Program-made: the position numbers and the translations under genes
Shown here: positions 1-10,648 of the stretch, in pieces
Layout of the letters: every line of letters starts with the position of its first letter
How positions within the stretch are numbered: position 1 is the first letter of the stretch
DNA from: Alphaproteobacteria bacterium
GTDB taxonomy: Bacteria; Pseudomonadota; Alphaproteobacteria; UBA828
Assembly (NCBI GenBank): GCA_965220745.1
Contig: CBDCQT010000013.1
Location: 640,001-704,000, forward strand
Direction: 5' to 3'
Length of the DNA: 64,000 nucleotides
The notes under the pieces: generated by a model
What the model was told of the DNA's origin: nothing
Database searches by the model: none
What the model saw: only the letters and a program-made list of their open reading frames with translations

Positions 1-342
1 CCGCGCCCGGTATGGCTTGGGAAAGTTCAGCGCCCCACGTGGCAGGCACCGGACCGCATTGCGAGCCTTCGTCGGCGCCGCCGAGATGTCCCCTGAGCCA
101 GTCCGAATCGTAGTCGCTGACATGGCCTTCGGGCAGCCACTGGACCCGGAGTCCGCCCGCGTCGGTGATCGAGACCGACTCGGCATCGAGATCGGCTGGC
201 ACGGAAAGCGGATCGAAGATTCGTTCCAGGGTGTCCGGGTGCCGGCATTGCGGACAACGACAGTTGTCCCGCAACCAAAGGTGATGGAATGTCCCGGCGG
301 CGCCGTCATTCCAGGTGACGCGAATGGAGCGCGCCTGCCGCC

Positions 343-1419
343 TTACGCTGCGGAGCCTACGGCCTCCCGCACCATCTCGTGAAAGTAGAACACGCCGTTC
401 TCGTGGAGCGGGCTGAGCGGGCCCGCTTCGTACACGCCGGCTTCTAGGTTCTCCTGAATGATCGGCGTGATCCATTGGTCCTCCTTCGAAACCTGGACGC
501 CGTATTCCAGCGTCGCCTCGAAGTCCTCCATGCTGACCGAATCCGGCCGCCAGTAGTCGTAGACCAGGCGCGTCTGGCGCGGGCCGACCGGCTCCATCCG
601 CATGAAGGAAAGCCCGTCCGGGTAGGAGTTGAACGCAAAATGAGGAAAACGCCAACCGAAAGCGCCGGGATGGTTCGAGCTCCCCTTTGTCGGAGCCTCG
701 TGAAGGCTGCCGCCCTCGAAGTTGATGACCCTGTAGCGCTTCCAGTCCAGGTCACGATGCAATCCGGGGTGCAGCGGAGGGATGTGATAGCCCTCCTGGT
801 AATTGTCGACGTAGGTTTTCCAGTTGCAGTCGACAATGAATTCCAGATGCCGCCCGAACTCGGCCCGCGCCGGCGCGGTCCGTTCCACCGCGTCCTCGAT
901 CGGGCCGAGCCACTCGATGAGCGGCGGCGCCTCCGGGTCCAGGCATACGAAGACCTGGCCGCGCCAGACATCGACGGAGATGGGGAACAGGGAGAGCTCG
1001 TCCTTCGGGAAGTCCGGCGCCTCGCCGAACAGCGGCACATGATCGAGCGCGCCGTCTGACCGGTAGCGCCAGCCGTGATAGGGGCACTCGATGGTGCGGC
1101 ACTGCCCGCTCGGCTCGGTCAGCAGCTTCGACGCCCGGTGCCGGCATACGTTGTGGAAGCCGCGAAGCACGCCGTCTTCCGAGCGGCGCACGAAGAGCGG
1201 AATCTCAGCGGGAGCGGCCGTGATGTATTGTCCCGGCTCCGCCACGTCGCCCTCGCGCCCGATCCAAAGCCAATGGCGCGAGAAAATGCTCCGTCGCTCG
1301 ATCTGATAGATGTCGGGATCGGCGTACCAGCGCGCCGGCAGCGCCCACACGGTGGCCGCTTCCATCCGCTCGTTGATGCCACCAACGAGGTCGTTGGCCG
1401 ATCGTCCGGCAGACGCCAT
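343..1419 (-). CDS. Rieske non-heme iron oxygenase alpha subunit (choline/carnitine monooxygenase-like)
   Basis: Rieske motif CRH...CPYHGW; mononuclear iron motif NWKTYVDNYQEGYHIPPLH. Confidence 0.9.
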   Translation of the reverse strand: MASAGRSANDLVGGINERMEAATVWALPARWYADPDIYQIERRSIFSRHWLWIGREGDVAEPGQYITAAPAEIPLFVRRSEDGVLRGFHNVCRHRASKLLTEPSGQCRTIECPYHGWRYRSDGALDHVPLFGEAPDFPKDELSLFPISVDVWRGQVFVCLDPEAPPLIEWLGPIEDAVERTAPARAEFGRHLEFIVDCNWKTYVDNYQEGYHIPPLHPGLHRDLDWKRYRVINFEGGSLHEAPTKGSSNHPGAFGWRFPHFAFNSYPDGLSFMRMEPVGPRQTRLVYDYWRPDSVSMEDFEATLEYGVQVSKEDQWITPIIQENLEAGVYEAGPLSPLHENGVFYFHEMVREAVGSAA

Positions 1420-1454
1420 CGCACGCCCTCACCCTTCAGCCGCAGCGGCCGTCG

Positions 1455-2261
1455 TCACGTGTCGATCCGGTCGACTGCCCTACCTTCAGCGTCGAAGCAG
1501 GCTGCGGTCAAGGTGCCGCCGAATCCCGCGCCGCCATCCACCGTCGCCACGTAGCCGTCGAGGCTGACGCCCCCCTGCGACGGGTCGAAGCCCCGAATGA
1601 TCTTCTTGTATTCGGCGTAGGGCCGTGTGAGCTGCGCGAGCTGATCGGCGCCCCACCAGAAGGCGTCTCTCTGGGCATCGATCGGACGCGATGGATCGAG
1701 GCCCGAATTCACGAAGAGCAGCGCTCCATCGTCGGTGACGGCCGCCTGCCGCACGCTGGCGAGCAATTCCTGATGGCCCGGATACAGCTCCATCCTCGCT
1801 CGCACTTCGCCAAGCCAGCGCGCGATCTCCTGAGAGCCGTTGCCGATCCGCTCCTGCGCCTGGGCGGCCCCCCACCCATAGGCCGCGAGTGTTTGCTGCA
1901 CGCCCTGATTCATCATCCAGGTCAGCACGTCCGACGGCTCGACCGAGAGGTGTAGGCGAAACAGCTTCTGCCACATCTCCTCCTGGCTGCCGCGCAGGTA
2001 GGCCACGTCACAGACATTCATGTGCGGCACCGCGAGCAACGCGCTGCGGAAGGCCACCATCTCGTCGATGGTGGCGGCGACCTCGCGGCCGTGACCGAGG
2101 AAGTTGCCGAGATAGACGATGCGGTCGCCAACCTCGAAGCGCTCTTCGATGCCGGCGTGGAGCGCGGCCAGCCTGGACGCCTCGCCGTGGATGGCGCCGA
2201 CGGCCCAAATTCGCCCGCCGCTGCGGATCGTCACGAACCGTTCGTTGGTGGCGCAGCCCAC
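1455..2261 (-). CDS. Calcineurin-like metallophosphoesterase fold protein with degenerate metal ligands
   Basis: Motif positions AVGAIHG / YLGNFLG / LRGSQE / FVNSG / VDGGAGFGG parallel those of the PPP phosphatase family. Confidence 0.7.
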   Translation of the reverse strand: MGCATNERFVTIRSGGRIWAVGAIHGEASRLAALHAGIEERFEVGDRIVYLGNFLGHGREVAATIDEMVAFRSALLAVPHMNVCDVAYLRGSQEEMWQKLFRLHLSVEPSDVLTWMMNQGVQQTLAAYGWGAAQAQERIGNGSQEIARWLGEVRARMELYPGHQELLASVRQAAVTDDGALLFVNSGLDPSRPIDAQRDAFWWGADQLAQLTRPYAEYKKIIRGFDPSQGGVSLDGYVATVDGGAGFGGTLTAACFDAEGRAVDRIDT

Positions 2262-2282
2262 TTGTTGAGGGGAGGCCCGCTC

Positions 2283-3182
2283 CTACGCCGCGCGTAGGAC
2301 GTCCTCAAGCTTGTTCGCGGCCTGCTCGGTATCGGTATTGTCGACCGCTGCGAACTCCCGCGCCAGGCGATCCAGCGCCGCCTCGTACATCTGGCGCTCG
2401 CTGTAGCTCTGGTCCGGCTGGCCGACGTTGCGGTGCAGATCCCGCACGACCTCCGCGATCGAGACCGGATCGCCGGAGTTCAGCTTTGCTTCATACTCCT
2501 GCGCGCGCCGGCTCCACATGACGCGACGCTGGCGTGCTCGCCCCCGCAAGGTGGTGATCGCCGCATCCATGGTCTCTTTCGAGCTCAACCGGCGCATGCC
2601 GGCCGACTCTACCTTGTCGGTCGGGACCATGAGGGTCATCTTGTCCTTTTCGAAGGCCACGACGAACATCTGCAGGGTCTGTTCCGCGACCGCCCGTTCG
2701 TCGATGCCGGTGATCCGACCGACGCCGTGGGCCGGATAGACCACGTGATCGCCCACCGCAAATCCGTTGACCTCTGTCGGGGCCTTCTTCTTGCGCCGCG
2801 CTTCGGCGGCCGCACCTGCCTTAGCCGCGGGGACTGCCTTGTTGGCCCGCTTGGCCCTAGTCCCACCCTTGGCCTTGGTCTCTTTGGCGTCCTTGCCGTT
2901 CTTTGTAGTCTTGGCGGCCTTGGCGCTCTTCGCGCGCCCGGCCGCACCTGCCGGCTTCACCGTGTCCCCCTCCTGTGCCTCCGGCTGTTTCGCCTCCGGC
3001 CGGGCCGCGGGGCGCCGCGCGCCAGACGCAGCGCCGGCGGTCTTCTTGGTCGCAGTCCGAGTGCGCGCCGATGCCTTCGATCGCGCTGCTGTGCTCGGGG
3101 AGGAGGAAGACCGTTTGCGGGCCTTGGCGGTGGTCTGTTCTTTAGTGGAAGTCTTCGATCTCGACGGCGCCTTGCTGCTCAC
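2283..3182 (-). CDS. carD: CarD/CdnL family transcription factor with long Lys/Ala-rich N-terminal extension
   Basis: FAVGDHVVYPAHGVG and MWSRRAQEYEAKLNSGD motifs. Confidence 0.92.
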   Translation of the reverse strand: MSSKAPSRSKTSTKEQTTAKARKRSSSSPSTAARSKASARTRTATKKTAGAASGARRPAARPEAKQPEAQEGDTVKPAGAAGRAKSAKAAKTTKNGKDAKETKAKGGTRAKRANKAVPAAKAGAAAEARRKKKAPTEVNGFAVGDHVVYPAHGVGRITGIDERAVAEQTLQMFVVAFEKDKMTLMVPTDKVESAGMRRLSSKETMDAAITTLRGRARQRRVMWSRRAQEYEAKLNSGDPVSIAEVVRDLHRNVGQPDQSYSERQMYEAALDRLAREFAAVDNTDTEQAANKLEDVLRAA

Positions 3183-3351
3183 TGTATCTCGAATTCCCTG
3201 TCCGATTGAGATAGGGCCGCTCTCGAGCGGCCCTACGCCAGCGGCGTTCGGTCAGCGTTCCGCCGCAGTCGGCCGGGCGCCGATCGCCCCGCCGCGTTGC
3301 ATTGCACAATACCAGAGTCGCGGTGCAATTTCCAGGGTTTGGCCCGCGCGC

Positions 3352-3696
3352 TTAATCCCCTTCGCCCGGCTTATCCGAAAAATACTTCTCGAACTTGCCC
3401 GATTCGTCCTTGTAATCGTCCGCGTCCCCCGGCGGCTCGCCTTTGCGCGTGATATTGGGCCAAATCTCGGCAAACTTTGTGTTGATCTCCAACCACTTCC
3501 CCTCATCGTCGTCGCCGGCGGTATCGGGAATAATGGCCTCGACCGGACACTCCGGCTCGCACACGCCGCAGTCGATGCACTCGTCCGGGTGGATCACCAA
3601 CATGTTCTCACCTTCATAGAAGCAATCCACCGGGCACACCTCGATGCAGTCCATGTACTTGCACCGAATGCAGGACTCGGTCACCAGATACGTCAT
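3352..3696 (-). CDS. fdxA: FdxA-type ferredoxin
   Basis: [18 protein letters not shown] and [12 protein letters not shown] motifs. Confidence 0.95.
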   Translation of the reverse strand: MTYLVTESCIRCKYMDCIEVCPVDCFYEGENMLVIHPDECIDCGVCEPECPVEAIIPDTAGDDDEGKWLEINTKFAEIWPNITRKGEPPGDADDYKDESGKFEKYFSDKPGEGD

Positions 3697-3744
3697 TCGC
3701 TTTGTGCTCCGTGCTTCGCTTGTGCGTGCGCCGCAGCCGGCTGA

Positions 3745-4224
3745 TCACGTGGCGGCCGCTCGTTCCGCTCCCTGTCCGACGCGGGCGAGGACACGTTTGC
3801 GCGCTTCCCCTCGTTCCCGGTCCGTGATGTGAAGCAAGCCGCCGATGCGGCGAATCAGATTGGCTTCGTATGCGTGAAGCCGACCATCAGCATAAACCAC
3901 CTCCCACAGCATCTCCATCACCGCGAGACGATCCGCGTGGTCGTAGCGATCGTTTATGGCCCGCGTGAAGCGGTGGAGATCGGTCGCCTCGTGGTGGGCG
4001 GCTTCGGCCTCCTCGATCAGAGTGCCGGCCTCGGCATCGTTAAGCCCGAAATGCGCGCCCAAGGCTGCACAAATCGCGTCGCGCTCGTCGCCGTCGAAGT
4101 GTCCGTCCATACACGCCGCCTCGACCAGCAGCGCCGCCGCCGCGAGCTTCGGCGCTTCGGCTGCCACCGGCTCGTCGCCGGTGGCGCCCGCACCGCTCAG
4201 GAGGATCTTGATCCTGTCAATCAC
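3745..4224 (-). CDS. TerB family tellurite resistance-like protein
   Basis: AAALLVEAACMDG...MLWEVVYADG..HAYEANLIRRI pattern. Confidence 0.85.
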   Translation of the reverse strand: MIDRIKILLSGAGATGDEPVAAEAPKLAAAALLVEAACMDGHFDGDERDAICAALGAHFGLNDAEAGTLIEEAEAAHHEATDLHRFTRAINDRYDHADRLAVMEMLWEVVYADGRLHAYEANLIRRIGGLLHITDRERGEARKRVLARVGQGAERAAAT

Positions 4225-4296
4225 GGGCGCTGCGTATCATAACGGCGGCGACCGACTCAAGGGGTGCCCGGACGCCCCCGCCATATCAGATCTGTC

Positions 4297-4581
4297 CTAC
4301 TCCTGCTCGATTTCCTCGTAAAGTTTCCGCGCTTCGGGCGCAGGCCCGCGCCTTTCCGCCACTGCCAAGATGCGCACGATTTTCACCATTCTGCCTTGCG
4401 CGAAGGTCAGCACGTCGCCGGGACCGACAGTTCGGTGCGCCTTGGTAATGCGGCGGCCGTTGACGCGGATGCGCCCGGTTTCGCAGGCCTTCTGCGCAAG
4501 CCCCCGAGTCTTGAAAAAGCGCGCGTGCCAAAGCCACTTGTCCAGCCGGCTCGCGGCGAGGGCGGGAGCGTCGCGCGTCAC
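4297..4581 (-). CDS. S4 RNA-binding domain protein (Hsp15-like)
   Basis: RLDKWLWHARFFKTR and RRGPAPEARKLYEE motifs. Confidence 0.9.
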   Translation of the reverse strand: MTRDAPALAASRLDKWLWHARFFKTRGLAQKACETGRIRVNGRRITKAHRTVGPGDVLTFAQGRMVKIVRILAVAERRGPAPEARKLYEEIEQE

Positions 4582-7115
4582 GACGGGCGCGCGCCTCCGG
4601 TGGCAAGCTCGCTAAGCTTCGCAAAGGGAGAATCGGGGTCCACTCCCCTCCCCCTGCGGCGCGACTTCTCCGCCGGCCGGTGCGGTCGCGTGCTGCTCCG
4701 CCCATAGCGTGGCAGTCCGTCGGTACCGAGTCCCACCATCGTGTAGCCAAGGGCAGCAAGAACGTCGTCGAACTTCGCCCGCTTGCACGCGGCCAACTTG
4801 AGCATTCCAGAGTCGGTGGCGAATGGCTCCTTGCGTGCCGCCTTGCGCAGCCGCGCGGCGAGGCGCTCCACGATATCCGCGCGGAGCGCCTGGGCGCCCA
4901 GGGGAACCAGACCGAGCGCCGCGTAGCACGCGTCTGGCACGGCCGAGTCGCGGTCCATCGAGACCGCCGAGTCCGGTATGGGCGGCGGCGTGCCGGCACC
5001 GCTCCAGGCCCACCACAGCAGGCCGGCGCAGCGCGAGCGCGCCGGCTTCAGCATGGCGGGCACGAACACGCTGAGCGCGCCAAGCCGAACGCCGGCCTCG
5101 GCGAGGGCGCCCCGCCCCGCCTCATCCAGCGCAGCGATCTGGGGGCCAAGCGAGCGCCGGGGCACGCAGCCGAGCGCCTCGCTCAGTGCAAAGGCGATGC
5201 CGCGGGCCGAGCCGTCCAGCGCCGCCTCACGGAGCGATACCAGGGGCCTCGCGTCGCGCGCGATGCGCCGATCGAGCCACGACTGAAGGCGCCTGCGCAC
5301 GCGTTCCCGCTGCGCCGCGCTCAGATGATCCTCGCCGATCAGTGCAATCTGCGGCCGGAGCGGCGTGTCGCCCTGCCCGAGACGCGCAATTGATGCACCT
5401 TGCCAGGCGATCTCGCCCCAGCGGGGCGCGTCTTCCCGCCCCGCCTCAAGCCCGAGTGTGAACGCACCGTCGCTATCCGCTACCGCGGCCGCGACCCGTC
5501 GCGCCACTTCGCGCTCGACCACGCGGTTGGCGGCCGCGAGAATCTCTCGGCTGCGCTCGGCCTCCGTGTCCGGTCGAAAGCGGAAGCCGTCGAAAGCACC
5601 GGCCCGCTCCCCCTCCACCGTCACCGTGCCGCCTTCGCCGACAAGCGCGAACAGCGCCTCGTCTGCGCGCCTGCCGATACGGGCCATTCGCGCCCTCCGG
5701 TTGACGAAGAGCTCGGTCAGACGCGTATGGAGGGCATCGGAGAGCGCGTCCTCGAGCGAGCGGGTGCGCTGCTGCCAGCCGCGCGCGTCGTCCACCCAGT
5801 CGGCGCGGTGGGACACGTACGTCCAGGTCCGCACATGGCTGATCCGGGCGGTCAGCGTGTCGATGTCGCCCTCGGTGGGCGCCAGCCGCTCGATCGAGCG
5901 GCCGACCCAGTCCGGCGGCAGGCGCCCGCTTCCGACCAGGGAGAGGTAAATCCGCCGCACGAGGCCGACGTGATCCTCCGCCATGGTCTTGCGGAAATCG
6001 GGAATCTGGCAGACCTCCCAGAGGAGCGCGACACGATCCGCACCGGTCAGCGCCTCTGCGATCGCCGAATCGCGGGCCAACACGAGCAACGTGCGATGGT
6101 CGTCCGCATCGTGAGTGCGGCGGAGACCAGGCAGCGGCGGCGGCTTAGCCAGCGATTCCGCCAGTTCAGGCAGCGAGTCGAAGCAAAGCGCCGCGTTGCG
6201 CCAATAGGCCCGGCGCACCGGCGGAAACCGGTGATTTTCGACCGCCTGAACGAAGGAGGGCTCGAAGGGTTCGACACCCCCGGTCGTACCGAAGCTGCCG
6301 TCCCTGAGGTGGCGGCCGGCGCGGCCGGCGATCTGCGCGATCTCGGCTGACGTGAGCATCCGCGTCGTGCGGCCGTCGAACTTCTGATAAGCTGAGAACG
6401 CGACGTGATCCAGGTCTAGGTTGAGCCCCATGCCGATGGCATCGGTCGCGACCAGACTGTCCACCTCGCCTGCCTGGTAGAGCCCCACTTGCGCGTTGCG
6501 CGTGCGCGGGCTCAGTGCCCCAAGCACCACGGCACACCCGCCCCTGAGTCCGCGGATGCGCTCGGCAAGCGCGTAGACCGATTCGGTCGAGAAGGCGATG
6601 ACCGCGTTGCGGGGCGCGAGCCGCGCGAGTTTGCAGTGCCCCTCGTGCGCAAGCGTGGAGAGCCGGGGGCGGCTCGTGAACCGCGCTTCGGGGACGAGTG
6701 TGCGGATCAGCGGGCGCATGGTGTCCGCGCCGAGGAACATGGTCTCCGCCGTGCCGCGTGCGCGAAGGAGCCGGTCGGTGAAGACGTGGCCGCGCTCGCG
6801 GTCGCCCGCCAGTTGAATCTCGTCCACGCCGACAAACTCGACCTGCCTGTCAAGGGGCATCGACTCGACAGTGCAGACGAAGTAGCGGGGCTCCTCCGGG
6901 ATTCGCCGTTCTTCGCCCGTCACCAGGGCGACGGCTTGCTCCCCCTTCTCCTCGACCACCCGATCATAGACTTCGCGGGCGAGGAGGCGGAGCGGGAAGC
7001 CCATCATCCCGGTGCGATGGGCCAGCATGCGCTCGACCGCCAGATGGGTCTTGCCCGTGTTGGTCGGGCCGAGCAGCGCGGTGACAGAAGCGTTCTCGGC
7101 GTCGTGCCGAACCAT
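4578..7115 (-). CDS. Suv3-like SF2 helicase
   Basis: GPTNTGKT Walker A, VDEIQ, ATDAIGMGLN, QIAGRAGR. Confidence 0.9.
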   Translation of the reverse strand: MVRHDAENASVTALLGPTNTGKTHLAVERMLAHRTGMMGFPLRLLAREVYDRVVEEKGEQAVALVTGEERRIPEEPRYFVCTVESMPLDRQVEFVGVDEIQLAGDRERGHVFTDRLLRARGTAETMFLGADTMRPLIRTLVPEARFTSRPRLSTLAHEGHCKLARLAPRNAVIAFSTESVYALAERIRGLRGGCAVVLGALSPRTRNAQVGLYQAGEVDSLVATDAIGMGLNLDLDHVAFSAYQKFDGRTTRMLTSAEIAQIAGRAGRHLRDGSFGTTGGVEPFEPSFVQAVENHRFPPVRRAYWRNAALCFDSLPELAESLAKPPPLPGLRRTHDADDHRTLLVLARDSAIAEALTGADRVALLWEVCQIPDFRKTMAEDHVGLVRRIYLSLVGSGRLPPDWVGRSIERLAPTEGDIDTLTARISHVRTWTYVSHRADWVDDARGWQQRTRSLEDALSDALHTRLTELFVNRRARMARIGRRADEALFALVGEGGTVTVEGERAGAFDGFRFRPDTEAERSREILAAANRVVEREVARRVAAAVADSDGAFTLGLEAGREDAPRWGEIAWQGASIARLGQGDTPLRPQIALIGEDHLSAAQRERVRRRLQSWLDRRIARDARPLVSLREAALDGSARGIAFALSEALGCVPRRSLGPQIAALDEAGRGALAEAGVRLGALSVFVPAMLKPARSRCAGLLWWAWSGAGTPPPIPDSAVSMDRDSAVPDACYAALGLVPLGAQALRADIVERLAARLRKAARKEPFATDSGMLKLAACKRAKFDDVLAALGYTMVGLGTDGLPRYGRSSTRPHRPAEKSRRRGRGVDPDSPFAKLSELATGGARPS

Positions 7116-7267
7116 GGCAGAAAGTTTGGCGGTTCAGCCCGATTTGGCAACCCCATGAGCAGGCGCCATGGCGTTCCACACTTCGTAATCGCGGGTATGC
7201 CACGTCCCACAGATGGCTAGAATGATCGTGCGTGGAAAATACGTCTCGCTCATTGGGAGGTTATCGA

Positions 7268-7735
7268 ATGACTCGTCTTTGGAAGATTGGAGCCAGTGGC
7301 TTGGCGGCCGCGACCCTCGGTCTCGCTGTTGCAGCGTGCCAGCCGTATGAGATGGCTGCGACCACTCAAGACGCTGCAGTTCAAGATGCAACCGCTCCGG
7401 CCGGTACGATGACCGTCGCCGAAATCCAGGAGCTTATCGTGGGGAATACCGTCATCAGCGTTGAAGAAAAAAGAAATATCGATGCGGCGGAGTATTTCGC
7501 TTCCGATGGGACAGCGAAATTGAAGGCGAAGACGCCATTCGGGACTTTCAACTATGACGGAACATATTTCTTCGATGACCGTGGCCAATTCTGCACGAAT
7601 TACCCAGGCATTCCACTTGGCCCCAACGAATTTTGTAAGTACGTCACACCGCTCGGCGATGGCCGGTATGAACAGTCCGACGGCATCGTCATGGAACAGG
7701 TTCTCGAAGGCGAACAGCTCGACGATCTGGAATAG
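7268..7735 (+). CDS. Putative lipoprotein
   Basis: GGGAGG RBS; signal peptide with LAVAAC lipobox; lower GC than neighbours. Confidence 0.65.
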   Translation: MTRLWKIGASGLAAATLGLAVAACQPYEMAATTQDAAVQDATAPAGTMTVAEIQELIVGNTVISVEEKRNIDAAEYFASDGTAKLKAKTPFGTFNYDGTYFFDDRGQFCTNYPGIPLGPNEFCKYVTPLGDGRYEQSDGIVMEQVLEGEQLDDLE

Positions 7736-7848
7736 GCCTTCGCTGCGCCTGCCCTCGTCGCTCGAACGAGCGAGCACGGGCTTGAACCGCCCGCAGGTTC
7801 GTCACATATAGCGCTCCGAATCGACGGCGGACGGGCGCATCGGAGGGG

Positions 7849-9789
7849 TTGATGGCCAACACCAGCGGGGAACGCCACGCGTTCCAGGCCGAGGTCAGCA
7901 AGCTGCTCGGCCTCATGGCCAACTCGCTCTATCGGGACAAGGAAATCTTCCTGCGGGAGTTGGTCTCGAACGCGTCCGACGCGTGCGACAAGCTGCGCTA
8001 CGCCGCGATCACACAACCCGACCTGCTAGGCGACGATGCCGCGCTCGCGGTGACCATCACGCCGGACAGCAAGAGCAGCGTGCTGGTCGTAACCGACAAC
8101 GGCATCGGCATGAATCGCCAGGAGCTGATCGACAACCTCGGCACCATCGCGCGGTCCGGCACCGAGGCATTCGTCAAGCAGATGGCCGACTCGCAAGATG
8201 GCGACGGGAAGGACGGACAGGACGAGCAGAGCGGGCAGGACGAACAAGACGGTTTGGCAGCCGGTCTCATCGGCCAGTTCGGCGTCGGCTTCTACTCGTC
8301 CTTCATGGTGGCGAAGCGCGTGGAGGTCGTGACCCGCAGGGCAGACGAGGCCGAGGGCTGGCGCTGGCGCTCGGACGGGACCGGATCGTTTTCCATCGCG
8401 CCGGAGGCCGACGCCGCTCGCGGCACCCGAATCGAGCTCCACCTGCGCAAGGACGCGCGAGAATTCCTGGAGCCGCTCCGCATCCGCACCATCGTCAAGG
8501 CCTACTCCGACCACGTCGGCCTGCCGATCTGGCTTGAGAACGAGAGCGGCCAGAAGGAGATGGTCAACGAGGGCTCGGCGCTCTGGAGCCGGCCCAAGAG
8601 CGACATCGACGAGGATCAGTACCGCGAGTTCTACCACCACATCGCCCACATGCCGGGCGACCCTTGGCACACCATCCACCTCCACGCCGAAGGGCGCATC
8701 GAGTACACGGCGCTGCTCTTCGTGCCGGACACCACGCCCTTCGATCTGTTCGACCCGATCCGCCGGCACCGGGTGCGGCTCTACGTCAGGCGGGTCTTCA
8801 TCACCGACGAGTGCGAGGGGCTGATCCCGCCCTACCTCCGCTTCATGCGGGGCGTGGTGGATTCCGCCGATCTCGCGCTCAACGTCAGCCGCGAGACCCT
8901 GCAGAACGACCCCATCCTGGCCAAGATCAGGACCGGTGTGGTCAAGCGCGTCTTCTCGGAGCTCGAGAAGCGTGCCAAGAAAACGCCTGAGGAATACGCG
9001 TCGTTCTGGGAGAATTTCGGCGCGGTCCTGAAGGAAGGGCTCTACGAGGACGCCGAGCAGAAGGACCGGCTGCTTCCCCTCGTCCGCTTCCGCTCCACGG
9101 GCGGCGGCGATCGCTGGCTCTCGCTCGACGACTACGTGGACGCGATGCCTGAGCAGCAGGAGGCCATCTACTACATGAGCGGAGAGGATGCCGACACGCT
9201 ACGCCGTAGCCCCCAGATTGAGGGTTTTCGGGCGCGCGGCATCGACGTGCTTCTCATGGTCGATCCGGTCGATCAATTCTGGCTGCCCGTGGTCGGCACC
9301 TACAAGGAGAAGCCGTTCCGCTCGGTTACCCAGGGCGCGGCGGACCTGGACAGGTTCGCGGTGAGCGACGAGGCCAAGCCGGATGAGGCCGACGCCACGC
9401 CGCCCGGCGAGATGGACAAGCTGATCGCCCTGGTGAAGCTGACGCTGGCCGATGCCGTGAAGGATGTGCGGACCTCCGAGCGCCTGACCGACAGCCCGGT
9501 TTGCCTCGTCGCCGACGAAGGCGACCTCGACATGCACCTGGAGCGGTTGCTGCGCCAGCACAAGCACGAGCTGCCGGAGCAAAAGCGCGTGCTGGAGATC
9601 AACCCGTCACACGATCTGACCCGCGCGCTGGCGCGGATGGTCGGTCAGAAAGGCGCGAGCGAGGCGCTCGAGGATGCCGCGCACCTGTTGATGGATCAAG
9701 CGCTGATCCTCGAGGGCGAGCCGGTGCCTGACCCCTCGGCCTTTACCAAGCGCCTTTCAGGTCTGGTGTCGCGCGCTTTGGCGGAGTAG
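7849..9789 (+). CDS. htpG: Molecular chaperone HtpG (Hsp90)
   Basis: EIFLRELVSNASDA, NLGTIARSGT, IGQFGVGFYS. Confidence 0.97.
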   Translation: MMANTSGERHAFQAEVSKLLGLMANSLYRDKEIFLRELVSNASDACDKLRYAAITQPDLLGDDAALAVTITPDSKSSVLVVTDNGIGMNRQELIDNLGTIARSGTEAFVKQMADSQDGDGKDGQDEQSGQDEQDGLAAGLIGQFGVGFYSSFMVAKRVEVVTRRADEAEGWRWRSDGTGSFSIAPEADAARGTRIELHLRKDAREFLEPLRIRTIVKAYSDHVGLPIWLENESGQKEMVNEGSALWSRPKSDIDEDQYREFYHHIAHMPGDPWHTIHLHAEGRIEYTALLFVPDTTPFDLFDPIRRHRVRLYVRRVFITDECEGLIPPYLRFMRGVVDSADLALNVSRETLQNDPILAKIRTGVVKRVFSELEKRAKKTPEEYASFWENFGAVLKEGLYEDAEQKDRLLPLVRFRSTGGGDRWLSLDDYVDAMPEQQEAIYYMSGEDADTLRRSPQIEGFRARGIDVLLMVDPVDQFWLPVVGTYKEKPFRSVTQGAADLDRFAVSDEAKPDEADATPPGEMDKLIALVKLTLADAVKDVRTSERLTDSPVCLVADEGDLDMHLERLLRQHKHELPEQKRVLEINPSHDLTRALARMVGQKGASEALEDAAHLLMDQALILEGEPVPDPSAFTKRLSGLVSRALAE

Positions 9790-9816
9790 CGAGCCTTACG
9801 CGACCGGGGCTGACCG

Positions 9817-10572
9817 TCAGCTCTCGTCAAGCCAGACGATGTCCGCACCCATGACGCGGCCCTTGCCGCGATTCTCCTGCACGAGGACAGCACAGCCGTC
9901 GCCCATGCCATCGGCCATGCGCGATAGCTCGTCTGGCCCGAACTTGAGGGTCATGGCGCCGCCGGTCCAGCGCCCGATAGAGCGGAAATCGCGCACCACG
10001 TGATAGTTGGTCAGCGTGCGTCCCCGGTTCTCGCCGGCATCGACCGTGGTCCTGTGCTCTCGATCGACGGACACGAGCCAGACCGTGGCCTCCCCGTAGT
10101 AGCCGTCGGAGTGGCCGATCTCGACGGATAGCTGGCCGGTGCCGCTCGACGTGAGCGCCACGGGGACCCGCCTCGCCTTCACGGCCTTCGACACGGCAAT
10201 AGCGTCGGACACGGCCCGCTTGTTGGACCCCACCGCGTGGCGGGCGCCGTCAATCACGAGCTGAGGCGTATAGACGTAGGCGATGCCGAGCGCACGGGCA
10301 TAGTCCCGCTGCCGATCCGTCGTCTCCTCGGTCGCGAAGCGATCCTCCCAGCCGATGTAGTCCCAGTAGTCGACGTGGAACGAGAGCGCGACCACATCGT
10401 CCCGCGTCGCCGCCAGCTCCCCGAGATAGGCATCAGCGGAGGGGCACGATGAGCAGCCCTGGGACGTGAACAACTCCAGAACCACCTTGGGGTCGTCCGC
10501 GCGCACCGCAGCCGGAACGGCCACGAGTACCGTGACGAGGAGAAGAGCGCCAAGCTTCATTTTCACGATCAT
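9817..10572 (-). CDS. DUF1223 thioredoxin-like secreted protein (start codon uncertain)
   Basis: VLELFTSQGCSSCP and HVDYWDYIGWED motifs. Confidence 0.85.
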   Translation of the reverse strand: MIVKMKLGALLLVTVLVAVPAAVRADDPKVVLELFTSQGCSSCPSADAYLGELAATRDDVVALSFHVDYWDYIGWEDRFATEETTDRQRDYARALGIAYVYTPQLVIDGARHAVGSNKRAVSDAIAVSKAVKARRVPVALTSSGTGQLSVEIGHSDGYYGEATVWLVSVDREHRTTVDAGENRGRTLTNYHVVRDFRSIGRWTGGAMTLKFGPDELSRMADGMGDGCAVLVQENRGKGRVMGADIVWLDES

Positions 10573-10648
10573 GGCGCGATGGTAGCACGCGGGCGCCTGA
10601 CGAAATCGCAAGGCCAATCACGTTTGGGTGAAGGATGCGCCGCGTCTC

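Noticed and set aside
17-382. Plus-strand ORF at the window start
   Set aside because: May be the tail of a real gene, but has no recognisable motif and overlaps the Rieske gene end; cannot be supported
8190-8255. Short QDE repeat in HtpG as a member of the 18-bp family
   Set aside because: Sequence is unrelated to the motif; an ordinary variable-loop duplication
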